25,756 nucleotides of DNA from a virus. Taxonomy: Duplodnaviria; Caudoviricetes. Below, one piece after another: positions 1 through 9,174 of the stretch. The stretch's first letter is position 1. Each line of letters starts with the position of its first letter. Both the position numbers and the translations under genes were made by a program. The stretch lies in the IMG/VR virus record IMGVR_UViG_3300023293_000085, positions 1 through 25,756 of that record. One strand, 5' to 3'. The notes beneath the pieces are model-generated. The model had not been told where the DNA came from and ran no database searches. It saw only the letters and a program-made list of their open reading frames with translations.

Positions 1-31
1 CAAAACAAAGGGCGTTTTTATGCCCTTTGTT
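1..31 (-). terminator. Intrinsic terminator ending the lysis cassette
   Basis: Inverted repeat AACAAAGGGC (4-13) / GCCCTTTGTT (22-31); on the minus strand the stem ends in TTTGTTTTG, just downstream of the last lysis gene. Confidence 0.65.
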
Positions 32-59
32 GGCTGTTAGGACACGTTTTAACGTGTCT

Positions 60-431
60 TTATTTTATTAAAACAGCTGCTCCGAAAATACTCGCGATTG
101 ATCCTAGCGAAATACATCCGATTTTTAGGACTTTGTTTTTCTTCTTCAGGTTGTTTATTGATTTGTCGCGGCTCCGGATTAGTTCGCGATAATATGCAAC
201 TTCCTCAACCTGGATTTCTTCTTTTCTGACGTAGTTAGTGATTAAGCCTTTTTGAGCGTTGATAATATCGTGCTGCTGTGTTATCTTGACTTGCCTGTTT
301 TGAAGCAGGGAATCACTGTAAAACGCCTTAATTTGATAGTTTCTAATGACCTTTAACTCTTCCAAGTTGAATTGACCGCTTAATAACGTTGGTAAGGCTA
401 TCGCTATTAGTAAAAGTGTCAGTATTCGCAT
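60..431 (-). CDS. Putative spanin-like lysis protein (signal peptide, coiled coil, C-terminal TM)
   Basis: N-terminal MRILTLLLIAIALPTLLSG|Q signal peptide, helical middle, hydrophobic C-terminus IGCISLGSIASIFGAAVLIK; overlaps the upstream gene by 89 nt; last gene after the endolysin. Confidence 0.55.
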   Translation of the reverse strand: MRILTLLLIAIALPTLLSGQFNLEELKVIRNYQIKAFYSDSLLQNRQVKITQQHDIINAQKGLITNYVRKEEIQVEEVAYYRELIRSRDKSINNLKKKNKVLKIGCISLGSIASIFGAAVLIK

Positions 432-687
432 AATGATTTTTAATTTTTTCGTTTATGATTACAAATTCCTTTTCTGTTTTAATTGGCTGTAGGTTCAGAC
501 TATCTATAACCAGTTTAAAACTATCATTCCGCGCGGTTAAAACAGTTTTGAAGCTATCTAACCGCTGAAGATTTACATCGTCTTTAAGCGGGGTTATTTC
601 ATCATCGGGTAAGAAAGTGTAAACAACGCAAGCCAAACCAAAGCCAGCAATAAAAATCAAAACATTATTAAGCATTTTGTACGCCAT
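343..687 (-). CDS. Putative inner-membrane spanin (Rz-like)
   Basis: Single N-terminal TM (VLIFIAGFGLACVVYTFL) followed by a polar helical domain; directly downstream of the endolysin. Confidence 0.55.
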   Translation of the reverse strand: MAYKMLNNVLIFIAGFGLACVVYTFLPDDEITPLKDDVNLQRLDSFKTVLTARNDSFKLVIDSLNLQPIKTEKEFVIINEKIKNHYANTDTFTNSDSLTNVIKRSIQLGRVKGH

Positions 688-1111
688 TTCTTACGTGTAA
701 TTTAACGCGGTCACCTGCTTGGATTGCAAGTTTAATTTTTGCTGTTAATGGCTTTTCCATTGATCCTTGAATCATGTCATTACTTAACCTGTTTTTAGCA
801 ACCAAAGGGCAGCCATGTGTATTTTCGTGAGTATTACCTCCGTGAAATCTTACGCCAACAAATGAAACTCCGTTAATTATTATCGTTTGCATTTTGTCGG
901 TTGATATAATAGGCATTTCTCTTTTAAAACGATTGCTCATGGTAACAAAAACAGAATAATCACCCGCTGGAATTGCTGTTTCTCCTGCTACTTTTACGCC
1001 AAAAGGTCTAACGGTATCTTCTAACGTTTCGCAAAAATATTCGCCTTCAATATAAAGTTTTCCTAATGTTGTTCTCGCTGTGTACTTGTCTCTTTTTAAT
1101 TCGATTCTCAT
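668..1111 (-). CDS. DUF5675-like protein, putative endolysin (His/Cys peptidoglycan peptidase)
   Basis: Motifs TLGKLYIEGEYFCETLED, TAIPAGDY and RFHGGNTHENTHGCPLV; lies between holin-like and spanin-like genes. Confidence 0.75.
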   Translation of the reverse strand: MRIELKRDKYTARTTLGKLYIEGEYFCETLEDTVRPFGVKVAGETAIPAGDYSVFVTMSNRFKREMPIISTDKMQTIIINGVSFVGVRFHGGNTHENTHGCPLVAKNRLSNDMIQGSMEKPLTAKIKLAIQAGDRVKLHVRNGVQNA

Positions 1112-1124
1112 CTTAAGTTTTTAT

Positions 1125-1415
1125 CTATGAAAATATTAATACTAATTTAGTTAGCGCCACTTTTAACCATGATGAAGAAGCTACATTTGCGCCCGAAACA
1201 CCTATAGCTGTACCAAGTACCCACTTCGCTTTATTCCTTTCAGATTCAAGTTTAATCACTTTTGCTTTTGTTTGCTTATGCTCTGCGATTAATCCAATTC
1301 GCTCGTATTCTGGTTCTCCAACTAACGCCCTATGAACTTCACCTAATTTTTTATTCATGTCGGTCAATAGCATAATATCAACCTCCATTTTTCGATGGTC
1401 ATTATTTAAAGCCAT
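1125..1415 (-). CDS. Small membrane protein (coiled coil plus C-terminal TM), holin/antiholin candidate
   Basis: Helical N-terminal region then KWVLGTAIGVSGANVASSSWLKVALTKLVLIF; immediately upstream of the endolysin. Confidence 0.5.
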   Translation of the reverse strand: MALNNDHRKMEVDIMLLTDMNKKLGEVHRALVGEPEYERIGLIAEHKQTKAKVIKLESERNKAKWVLGTAIGVSGANVASSSWLKVALTKLVLIFS

Positions 1416-1669
1416 TCTTTGAAGTTTACTTTTTTATTCAATTTACCAGAAATAGTAGCGTCATTACAGGCCTCCCAAAGTTGGCTGCATTCAGCAACAT
1501 TTAAATCATTAAATTTTATTGCGAGAATTGAGACACTGTTATTGTGTACCGTTGCGCTTTGTGACATTTCCGAAAGACTCCCAGTTGAACAGTTGTTAAA
1601 TATTATGCATTGCACTGTGTCCATTTCGTGAAATGCTTGAATAAACGAATTAATTTCTGATTGATTCAT
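1406..1669 (-). CDS. Hypothetical protein in the lysis region
   Basis: 87-aa ORF packed tightly between its neighbours (1-nt gap upstream, 10-nt overlap downstream). Confidence 0.5.
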   Translation of the reverse strand: MNQSEINSFIQAFHEMDTVQCIIFNNCSTGSLSEMSQSATVHNNSVSILAIKFNDLNVAECSQLWEACNDATISGKLNKKVNFKEWL

Positions 1670-1670
1670 T

Positions 1671-2051
1671 TTATTTATTGTTATCTTCTGGAAATTGTTC
1701 GGGTTTAATTATACCTGTTTTTCGGCCTAAGAAATCAACTGTAATTGCAAATACTCCCGTTAATGTGTAACCGCTTACTTCTAGGCTTAAATCGCCTTCT
1801 CCTGCCTTATTTAACGCCCAATTAGTCAAGGCATCGTTATTTACTCCGCTGTGAACTAGAGTTACAAATATCGCGCTGAAAAACATACCTATTAAAATAT
1901 TATTCCACCGTTTTGAAAACCACCTTTCAAAACTTACCTTAAATCCGTTTGGCTTTTTACCATAATAATCTTCATGATTTTGGTAGTGGATAAATTCTGT
2001 GGCCAGCACTCCGACAATGATAACCAGAGCGTATATTAAAAAATCTTTCAT
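1671..2051 (-). CDS. Putative holin (three hydrophobic segments)
   Basis: TM-like segments FLIYALVIIVGVLA, ILIGMFFSAIFVTLV and GYTLTGVFAITVDFL with a charged C-terminal tail; first gene of the lysis cassette. Confidence 0.6.
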   Translation of the reverse strand: MKDFLIYALVIIVGVLATEFIHYQNHEDYYGKKPNGFKVSFERWFSKRWNNILIGMFFSAIFVTLVHSGVNNDALTNWALNKAGEGDLSLEVSGYTLTGVFAITVDFLGRKTGIIKPEQFPEDNNK

Positions 2052-2052
2052 A

Positions 2053-2775
2053 TTATATGTCTGTAAATGGTAAATTGTATTTTGCAGAAAGCCAGTTTCC
2101 GACTAAATTTTTATCTACTGTTGATAAGTGATTACCATAATTAATAGCACTAGCAGCCATTTGCCCATCTGCTTTAACCGCTGATGTTGACCTTTTGAAA
2201 AGAGTATCAATGGTTATTGTTGCCGTAGCCGCGCCAACCGCAACGCTATTAGTTGTACCCGCGGATCCGTTGTAACAATAAATATTAGTTCCATCGCCCC
2301 AATAAATCCAAATATTCTCAGCACTAAAGCTTCCACTATCAACGAATTTAACATTTGTGCCATCACGGAAATAACTACGTGTGCTTGTCAATTGCTCCCA
2401 TAAGTATGCACCCGAAGTTGTGCTAGATTCCCACATTGACCAATATGACCCAGTCATTTTCCCAACAAATGCAAGCGTCCAATTACTATTTAAAGTAATG
2501 TTAAATGAACTACCTAAAGTCATATAATCAACAACTGGTGTCGATGCTGGATTTATAGTCGGTAAACTATTAAACGTAGCATTTCCAGCCGTGTAATCTG
2601 GCTGATTATCAGCTGTTGCTTGTGATGCGTTATTGCCATCAAGACCCAGGTCTGTTAGCCCGCTGATTTTAGCCGCTGATTGAGTAACATTATCCCCATC
2701 GTACCAAATGTTAAATAACTTATAAGGCTCAAAACCTCCAGCCGCTTGACTGTATATTCCCATTCTACCACTCAT
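2053..2775 (-). CDS. Putative receptor-binding / fibre-associated protein (LamG/concanavalin-like beta sandwich)
   Basis: Pattern WYDGDN..., DLGLDGNNASQAT..NQP.Y, FNSLPTI and C-terminal VGNWLSAKYNL resembles phage LamG-like tail modules; follows the fibre gene. Confidence 0.55.
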   Translation of the reverse strand: MSGRMGIYSQAAGGFEPYKLFNIWYDGDNVTQSAAKISGLTDLGLDGNNASQATADNQPDYTAGNATFNSLPTINPASTPVVDYMTLGSSFNITLNSNWTLAFVGKMTGSYWSMWESSTTSGAYLWEQLTSTRSYFRDGTNVKFVDSGSFSAENIWIYWGDGTNIYCYNGSAGTTNSVAVGAATATITIDTLFKRSTSAVKADGQMAASAINYGNHLSTVDKNLVGNWLSAKYNLPFTDI

Positions 2776-2776
2776 C

Positions 2777-3739
2777 CTATGCTTTTAATGTTCCAATTAG
2801 TCTAAATGTGTTGTTTGCTGTTTTCTTCAACATTGTGCCGCTAAATGCCTTGTCTAGTTTTAAATTACTATCAACGGAATTAATAGCTGTACTTCCTCCA
2901 GCGACAAAGCTAACATCGGCTGTCAAATCGACGGGGCTAAATTCCCATTCCGAACCAATTGCAAAATCTGTGTTTGCTTGGTCCGTTACCGTTATTACAA
3001 TAGCTCCGCCATTTGCATTAACATCATAAAAAGTATTTGCAGGAATTGATTCTAAATTTGCGCTGGATGTTAATATTGTTCCAACTGGTCTAGCCGCATT
3101 GACTAAATCGGCTGTAATTAATCCTGTTGCTGTTAGTGTGCCATCTACCGTTTTATTTCCCGTTAATGTCTGAGTAGTTGCGTTTAAATAAAGCCTTGTT
3201 GCTGTTTCTGCTATATCGCCAGCATCTAAAACAACTACTCCCGATGCAGAATTAACGCTTGTAACTGGAGCTGTAGGGTAGCTCATTTGCAGCCAATCCG
3301 ATACGTCTGTTGGATCATCTCCGATTATTTGGAAGTTTGTACCTGTGTCCGAACGAACGCAAAAATCACCTTTCTCACCTGTTAGTAATAACATTGCAGA
3401 CTCATCAGCCGCAACTCCTAAATAATCAACTATTGAAATTGCTGGAAGTTGTGCAACTGGTATCTTTGAATCCGCACCAAGAGAAGCATATCCATTTGCA
3501 GCGGCTTTATTTGCCGCCTGTTCTGCTGTCCCTATGGTTGTAGTTAGCAAAGCGGTTAAAAATAAATTAGTTGTTCCTTCTGTAATTAAATCAGAATCAT
3601 CAGATTGAGTATTAAAACTCGAATCGTTTAAATCTGTTTGCGTTCCGCGTGTGTCGGCTGGACTAATTGCGCCTGCTGTATTATCTGGCAAATCAGTGTC
3701 TATCGCTGTCTGTAAATCTGTTCTATTCTTAATTGCCAT
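2777..3739 (-). CDS. Tail/neck fibre protein
   Basis: Fibre-type motifs LPDNTAGAISPADTR, ITEGTTNLFLT, KAAANGYASLGADSKIP..QLP, VTSVNSASGVVVL and QTLTGNKT; rich in Thr, Ala and Asp. Confidence 0.8.
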   Translation of the reverse strand: MAIKNRTDLQTAIDTDLPDNTAGAISPADTRGTQTDLNDSSFNTQSDDSDLITEGTTNLFLTALLTTTIGTAEQAANKAAANGYASLGADSKIPVAQLPAISIVDYLGVAADESAMLLLTGEKGDFCVRSDTGTNFQIIGDDPTDVSDWLQMSYPTAPVTSVNSASGVVVLDAGDIAETATRLYLNATTQTLTGNKTVDGTLTATGLITADLVNAARPVGTILTSSANLESIPANTFYDVNANGGAIVITVTDQANTDFAIGSEWEFSPVDLTADVSFVAGGSTAINSVDSNLKLDKAFSGTMLKKTANNTFRLIGTLKA

Positions 3740-3743
3740 GATG

Positions 3744-3751
3744 CAAAGTTA
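3744..3751 (-). promoter_or_regulatory. Bacteroidota-type -7 element, 4 nt before the ATG
   Basis: Minus strand reads TAACTTTG-CATC-ATG (ATG at 3739). Confidence 0.65.
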
Positions 3752-3755
3752 ATGA

Positions 3756-6700
3756 TTAACTATAAAATTTCTTGTTATTCGAATATCTACTTATAAAATC
3801 TATTGAACCGCTTGGATAAGGTCTTGAATTGCTATTATCTGGTGCAAATTCTCCGTTTACTTCAACCAAAACATTAACAAAATCGTCATTGTTTGCTCGG
3901 TTGTAATCACAAATCTTTAAATCATCTGCCATTAAAACCACATACATAAGCAAGTCGAATAAATCGCGGGAAGAACGCCTTAACTCTAATTTGTAAGTTT
4001 CTCTAAATCCTTTTGAAATTGTTCTTTCTCTACCGTTGCTCATTCGCACACCTTCAACTTCAAATGGGGCTGCTCTATCATTAAATAAAGCATCTGAAAG
4101 CCTAATTTGACTAGTGAAGTTTAACCCGACAAAATCAGTTGTAACGGTTTGTAATTTATCCCCAATTACTGAGTTTAAAGTATATTCGATTCTTACCGTT
4201 TCATCGGCTCGCGCTTGGGTGTATGTTTTTAAACAGTACTCGTTTGAGTACTTATGTCCAGTTCCATAATCCCAATCCATCCTATATTTACCTTCACCTC
4301 CATAAGTAGCAAAATTTAGATAAGTTTTCCAAACTATTTTATGAGCGTAATAAGTCATATTGTTACGGGTAACGCTTAAATCATTTCCTAAGGCACTACC
4401 AATATTATCCCATGCAGCGGTTGACTCATTGTACTTTTGAATGTACATTGAAACAGTGTATTGTACTGGAAAAATCTCTATAAAATTATTGTAATCGTTT
4501 ATAAAAGTGTTGGTATCTGAAACGCTTGCAAGAACGTTTAAAGGAAGACAGCAAACTTTAAAAGGGTTTGATTGCAAATCAATAACAGGGCTGTCTACAA
4601 TAGTTTCTAAAGCTAGAACATCCGTTTTAAATATCTCTCCCCAATCAGTTAATGCAGTGTTTTGGGTGTTCCTGTTAATGCTTACAGAAATAGTATATTC
4701 TAAAACACCTAAAGGAAGTTTGTTATGGTCAATATAAAAAGTACCTGTAAAAACATTTCCAACTTTAGTTATTGAAATCTTACCATTTCCACCGTTTGAA
4801 TCGAATATTGATACGCTTTGACGGTCATAAACGCTTGAAAAACTTGAATTATTTTCAAAGTTTCCATCGCCTTTCGGAATTATCCTAGCAACCATAAACA
4901 CATCTGACTCATTAAATGAAGGAGAAGAAGCTGTATTTGTGAAAACCGCCTGCACTTTAGTTTGTTTATTGGATAGAATGTAAGGCGCTGATGAATGAGT
5001 CAATGCAGTTGTACCATCGAAGGTATTTAAAGCCAGTGTCGGCCATTGTGCGCTGTCTGCCTCATAGTCTTTATCTATTAAAACAGTGTCATTATTAACC
5101 GTGTGCGTTGTAACTCCACTACTTAAATTGGTTTGAACACGGTAATTAATAGCCCAATCAGAAAACGCTGCTAACCTTATCCAGTTGTTGTTGTAACCGT
5201 TGTAATTCTGTGTAGTGTCTTGAAAGTCTGCAGGATATGTAGATATTAATAATTGATCCCAATCTGCCCATCGCATTAAAAACGTGTGCATGAATTTGTA
5301 AGCGAATGCAGTTCCTGCGTCATCCGTTGGCGAACGAAACGCTGTGTTATTTGCTCTTATTTCCGATGCATTTACTTGAAAATTGGTAGGCGTTGTCTGG
5401 TTAATAAATCGAACGTTGCCAATTAGCGGCTCACCTGTCAAATCTATATTTTCACTTTGCAAAACAAGTTCTTCGTTGTCGCTGGAATTAATAGCAACTA
5501 ATTGTAATTTAACGCTGTCAATTTGAGCATCTGGAAGCTTTGAAGGCTGGTCTAACATTACCAAAGTGTCTACGCTTATTTCATCCTCTACCTTTATTTT
5601 TGGTGATTGGCTTTCAATTGTCGCGTCTTGTTGATCGTGAAATAATATTTTTGATGTTGTTGTTGCTGTGCTATCTGGAATATCTATTTTGATAGAACCG
5701 TAATCAATTAAAAAAGTGGTATAATTAGCCGTTTCAGCTGTCAAGCTTTCTGAGCCAGCATAGGCCCAAATTGAATAATTTTTTTGACTTAATGAATCGA
5801 TTTTTGCCTTTGCATCTGTTCCAAAATCAACGTTAAAAGTAATTGTTGTACTTGTTAAAGTGCTAGTAGGCGCAGCGGATGTTATAACTTGAAATCCTGT
5901 TCCGTTATTTTCTCCGTTTATAGTCGGGCCGCTTTCCGTGACAAATGCCCTATCCCAAGAATAATTCTCTAAAACAGTACTATTAATATTTTTGTAGTCT
6001 GAATCAATTTCAGGATGCAGAATAAAATTAACACAAACGTATTTTGGAAATTGTGTCGATATTCCTGTATTTACTTGGTTAATTGTAAAGCTAACCGAAA
6101 CAACATCATCTCTAGTCAGTGAATTAACCGTTGATGCGTTGCCATAGGTTGCACCTGTTGCTGTAAATTCTGAAATTCCACCGTTGTACTGCTCATCTTT
6201 CCAGCCTGTATTTCCTTCTTTTTTATCAAAAATTAATTCTTGAAATACATTTGGGTCAACTAAATCTCTATAGCCTCTTATTCTGAAAACTTGCTTTAAA
6301 CATTTAGTTTTATCAAAATAATTAGGTGCTATTACATTAGGAAAAGTAGACCAATCAAATATTTGATGAGTCAAATAAAAAGGGTGTATAAATAACACCT
6401 GTGTAATTGTGTAGTTATATTGAAAACCTTCTAATTGTGTACTGGTTGTAGTGTCTACTACTGTACAATCGCCTAAATGCCATGACTCCTTCCCTTGTGG
6501 AATTAATGTCTGAGATGTTGACCCCCATGGCGCTGAAGATTCTCCAAAAGAAAAACGCATTAATTCGCCATCAATTGGAGAGGTAAAAACAGTTGCACCG
6601 TCATTTTCTGGAAGGCCATAATCTAAGCTAATTCCAGTTGGATATTGAACCAATTTAAAAACTGCTTCAATGTCATCGGGGTTAGCTGTGAATGATACAG

Positions 6701-7073
6701 AATCACCATCCTCATCAACGCACCTAATTCTATAATCACTTATCTTTTCACTAATTATAAGACCGCTTCTATTTAATCCTCCGCCTTGATCAGAGTCATT
6801 TCCTCCATCTTCTGCATTGGTAATACTTAATTCGTCACCTACTGCGAAATCTATAAATCTACCGCTAGGATCATAAATCCAATCAGGAGTGAGCATTGTA
6901 TTATCGGCAAAGGTTACTTCACCATCTGGACTAGCACAATTAAACCAAGTCTCAAATCTTACTTTAATTTCTACTGTAATTTTTTGGAATAGATTACCTT
7001 TTAAATAATCAACCGAAGTGCTTAAATCTGCTTCTTCTTCTCTCGCTTCGTAACTTACTAAATAGCCTGGCAT
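3756..7073 (-). CDS. Large tail-tip / baseplate structural protein
   Basis: 1105-aa acidic, beta-rich ORF between the tape measure and fibre genes; assigned by position. Confidence 0.65.
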   Translation of the reverse strand: MPGYLVSYEAREEEADLSTSVDYLKGNLFQKITVEIKVRFETWFNCASPDGEVTFADNTMLTPDWIYDPSGRFIDFAVGDELSITNAEDGGNDSDQGGGLNRSGLIISEKISDYRIRCVDEDGDSVSFTANPDDIEAVFKLVQYPTGISLDYGLPENDGATVFTSPIDGELMRFSFGESSAPWGSTSQTLIPQGKESWHLGDCTVVDTTTSTQLEGFQYNYTITQVLFIHPFYLTHQIFDWSTFPNVIAPNYFDKTKCLKQVFRIRGYRDLVDPNVFQELIFDKKEGNTGWKDEQYNGGISEFTATGATYGNASTVNSLTRDDVVSVSFTINQVNTGISTQFPKYVCVNFILHPEIDSDYKNINSTVLENYSWDRAFVTESGPTINGENNGTGFQVITSAAPTSTLTSTTITFNVDFGTDAKAKIDSLSQKNYSIWAYAGSESLTAETANYTTFLIDYGSIKIDIPDSTATTTSKILFHDQQDATIESQSPKIKVEDEISVDTLVMLDQPSKLPDAQIDSVKLQLVAINSSDNEELVLQSENIDLTGEPLIGNVRFINQTTPTNFQVNASEIRANNTAFRSPTDDAGTAFAYKFMHTFLMRWADWDQLLISTYPADFQDTTQNYNGYNNNWIRLAAFSDWAINYRVQTNLSSGVTTHTVNNDTVLIDKDYEADSAQWPTLALNTFDGTTALTHSSAPYILSNKQTKVQAVFTNTASSPSFNESDVFMVARIIPKGDGNFENNSSFSSVYDRQSVSIFDSNGGNGKISITKVGNVFTGTFYIDHNKLPLGVLEYTISVSINRNTQNTALTDWGEIFKTDVLALETIVDSPVIDLQSNPFKVCCLPLNVLASVSDTNTFINDYNNFIEIFPVQYTVSMYIQKYNESTAAWDNIGSALGNDLSVTRNNMTYYAHKIVWKTYLNFATYGGEGKYRMDWDYGTGHKYSNEYCLKTYTQARADETVRIEYTLNSVIGDKLQTVTTDFVGLNFTSQIRLSDALFNDRAAPFEVEGVRMSNGRERTISKGFRETYKLELRRSSRDLFDLLMYVVLMADDLKICDYNRANNDDFVNVLVEVNGEFAPDNSNSRPYPSGSIDFISRYSNNKKFYS

Positions 7074-7294
7074 TATGCGAATTTTTTTCTAAGTTCTTCC
7101 AAATCTTGCTTCATCTTTGCCGCTTTTTCGTTAACGTCGAACTTTTCAAACAGTTCTGCAGCTTCTTGTAACTCTTCCTCGCTTGCGTTTTTCTTTAATT
7201 TACCCATGTTTTTGTTCAACTCGACATCTAATTCATGTGAAATAATGCTTAGTTTCTTAGTAATTTCCAAAACGCCTTTCAAATCAAACTCCAT
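7073..7294 (-). CDS. Small charged coiled-coil protein
   Basis: 73 aa, rich in Glu and Lys; TAATG overlap with the next gene; has its own -7 element. Confidence 0.65.
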   Translation of the reverse strand: MEFDLKGVLEITKKLSIISHELDVELNKNMGKLKKNASEEELQEAAELFEKFDVNEKAAKMKQDLEELRKKFA

Positions 7295-7298
7295 CTTT

Positions 7299-7306
7299 CA
7301 AAAATA
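7299..7306 (-). promoter_or_regulatory. -7 element, 4 nt before the ATG
   Basis: Minus strand reads TATTTTTG-AAAG-ATG (ATG at 7294). Confidence 0.6.
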
Positions 7307-7314
7307 CTATTTAA

Positions 7315-9174
7315 TTAATTGCCATCTGGTTCCGTTGTGCGCTCTTTTAAAAAGGTCGTGTAGTTCTTTCTTTCCTCAATTACAAAATTTGCTAATCTTG
7401 TTCCGCTATTCCAAGAGCAACTAACAACTTGCATTATTTTATTCTTGAATCTTACATTTCCCTCAGTCATAATATCCAGAATGTTTCCTAAATTCATTTC
7501 TACTTTTGGAATATTGTAGATAAATCTTTGCGCGCTTTCTGGTCCCGGAGCGAAAGACTTGTTTTTGTGGTAATTCTCAAATAAATATCGTGCGTTTACT
7601 TTTGAATTATTATCAACTGAGATTTTTGTTTTCTTATCATTTGCATTTACATCGAGTAGAGCAATTTTAGCGATGCCTATTTGATCGCGCTCCAAGAGCA
7701 TCATCCCTACACGATTGTCTAGTAATTCATCTAGATTTGGGTCTTTAAGCTCTTTTACGGGGTCTAGCTCAATTTTAATTTTAATTCCAACAACTTTCAA
7801 AGCCTTTTTCAATTTTCCTAAAGCCTTTTTGATGCCGTTGATTATCTTAATTACCCCGTTTGTTACCTTAATTAAAGCGCCAATTAAGGGGCCAATAACA
7901 TTCATTAAAGCATCAACCGTTCTTTCCACTGATGTTAAATCATTCTTTCGGATAGCCCGAGCAAAACCAAAAGAAGTTTGATTGAATCCTTTTAATAGCT
8001 GCAAGTTTCTTACTGAATTAGGTATTTTCTTATGCAGTAGTTGAGATTGAACTATAGTACCTTTATAATCATCAATTGTATTTAAGTCCACCATGTCTGT
8101 TTCAAAGCGAAGTATAATATTTGAAACTAAACTATCTGCATTGGTTGTGAATTGTGGAATATAATAATCAGGAATTGTTACAGATGCAGGACTAAGCGGT
8201 TTTAAAGCCGAAAGCAACTGAAGACCTGCTGCGTTGCTAACTATTCGCAAATTAAACATTCCTGTAATCTTTCGCAATAAATCGCCAAACGTCCCTTTGT
8301 AAAATCCTGTTTGGTCAATTTCGTTGCCTACAAAATAGCCTTTAATTCTATCGTCTGACTGTGTAACTGGTGGAGCATAGGCTTCAGGAATAATATGCAA
8401 TTTGATCCATTCAGTGTTCTGCAATATTGGGCTAGAGTAAGTTAATCCTAAATAATCACACGCTGCATTTATTTGGTCGTTAAGACTCATGCAAGCTGCG
8501 TACTTTATCCTACTAATAATTAAATCCACAAGATCTAGAATCAACTTTATAATTGAAATCAGTAAAAATATAGCGTAAATTATTGCGGCTATCAACTGAA
8601 TAACACCGCCTAAAGCGTCGATAATCGAACCCGCCTCAGCTGTATTAGCTGCAATTTCTGTAATGCTTTGCTTTATCCATATGCTAATTGATGCCAACGT
8701 TAAAGAAGTGATCATTATATCCTTGTAATTCGGCACGCTGGAAATTACGTAAGGCATAAAGACTTTTTGGCTTTCTTTTAGATAGCCTTCATTGTATAGT
8801 GTTTGGAAGTCTATTCCATCGGCTACTTCAGTAACCCATTCTAATCCAGCACGCTCTTTTGTGTCCGCTGTGACCAAGTCTCTATCCCATTGAGCGGTTG
8901 ATAAGTCAATAAAACCGTCCAACACTTGCAATGTGTTACCGCTTTCTAGTATTTTTCGGATATGAGGAACCCCGTTAGTTATTCCCCTTCCTCCAGAAAC
9001 ACCGTCGTTTAAGTAGTCGGTTAAAATCTTCGCCTCAGCTTCTCCCCATTCAAAAGAAAATGAAGATAATTTTACGTCATTTTCTCCAGGCTGAAAGTTA
9101 ATTTCAATTTCTGCATCATCGTTATTAATTGGACTGCCAACTAAAACACCATTTATGTAATCGTTAATTTGCAT
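7315..9174 (-). CDS. Tail-tip / hub protein with internal hydrophobic and amphipathic helices
   Basis: 619 aa, TAATG-coupled to the tape measure gene; beta-rich ends with inserted hydrophobic helices. Confidence 0.6.
   Translation of the reverse strand: MQINDYINGVLVGSPINNDDAEIEINFQPGENDVKLSSFSFEWGEAEAKILTDYLNDGVSGGRGITNGVPHIRKILESGNTLQVLDGFIDLSTAQWDRDLVTADTKERAGLEWVTEVADGIDFQTLYNEGYLKESQKVFMPYVISSVPNYKDIMITSLTLASISIWIKQSITEIAANTAEAGSIIDALGGVIQLIAAIIYAIFLLISIIKLILDLVDLIISRIKYAACMSLNDQINAACDYLGLTYSSPILQNTEWIKLHIIPEAYAPPVTQSDDRIKGYFVGNEIDQTGFYKGTFGDLLRKITGMFNLRIVSNAAGLQLLSALKPLSPASVTIPDYYIPQFTTNADSLVSNIILRFETDMVDLNTIDDYKGTIVQSQLLHKKIPNSVRNLQLLKGFNQTSFGFARAIRKNDLTSVERTVDALMNVIGPLIGALIKVTNGVIKIINGIKKALGKLKKALKVVGIKIKIELDPVKELKDPNLDELLDNRVGMMLLERDQIGIAKIALLDVNANDKKTKISVDNNSKVNARYLFENYHKNKSFAPGPESAQRFIYNIPKVEMNLGNILDIMTEGNVRFKNKIMQVVSCSWNSGTRLANFVIEERKNYTTFLKERTTEPDGN

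Noticed and set aside
2053-3739. Diversity-generating retroelement target in the fibre or receptor-binding genes
   Set aside because: No reverse transcriptase and no template/variable repeat pair seen in this window.
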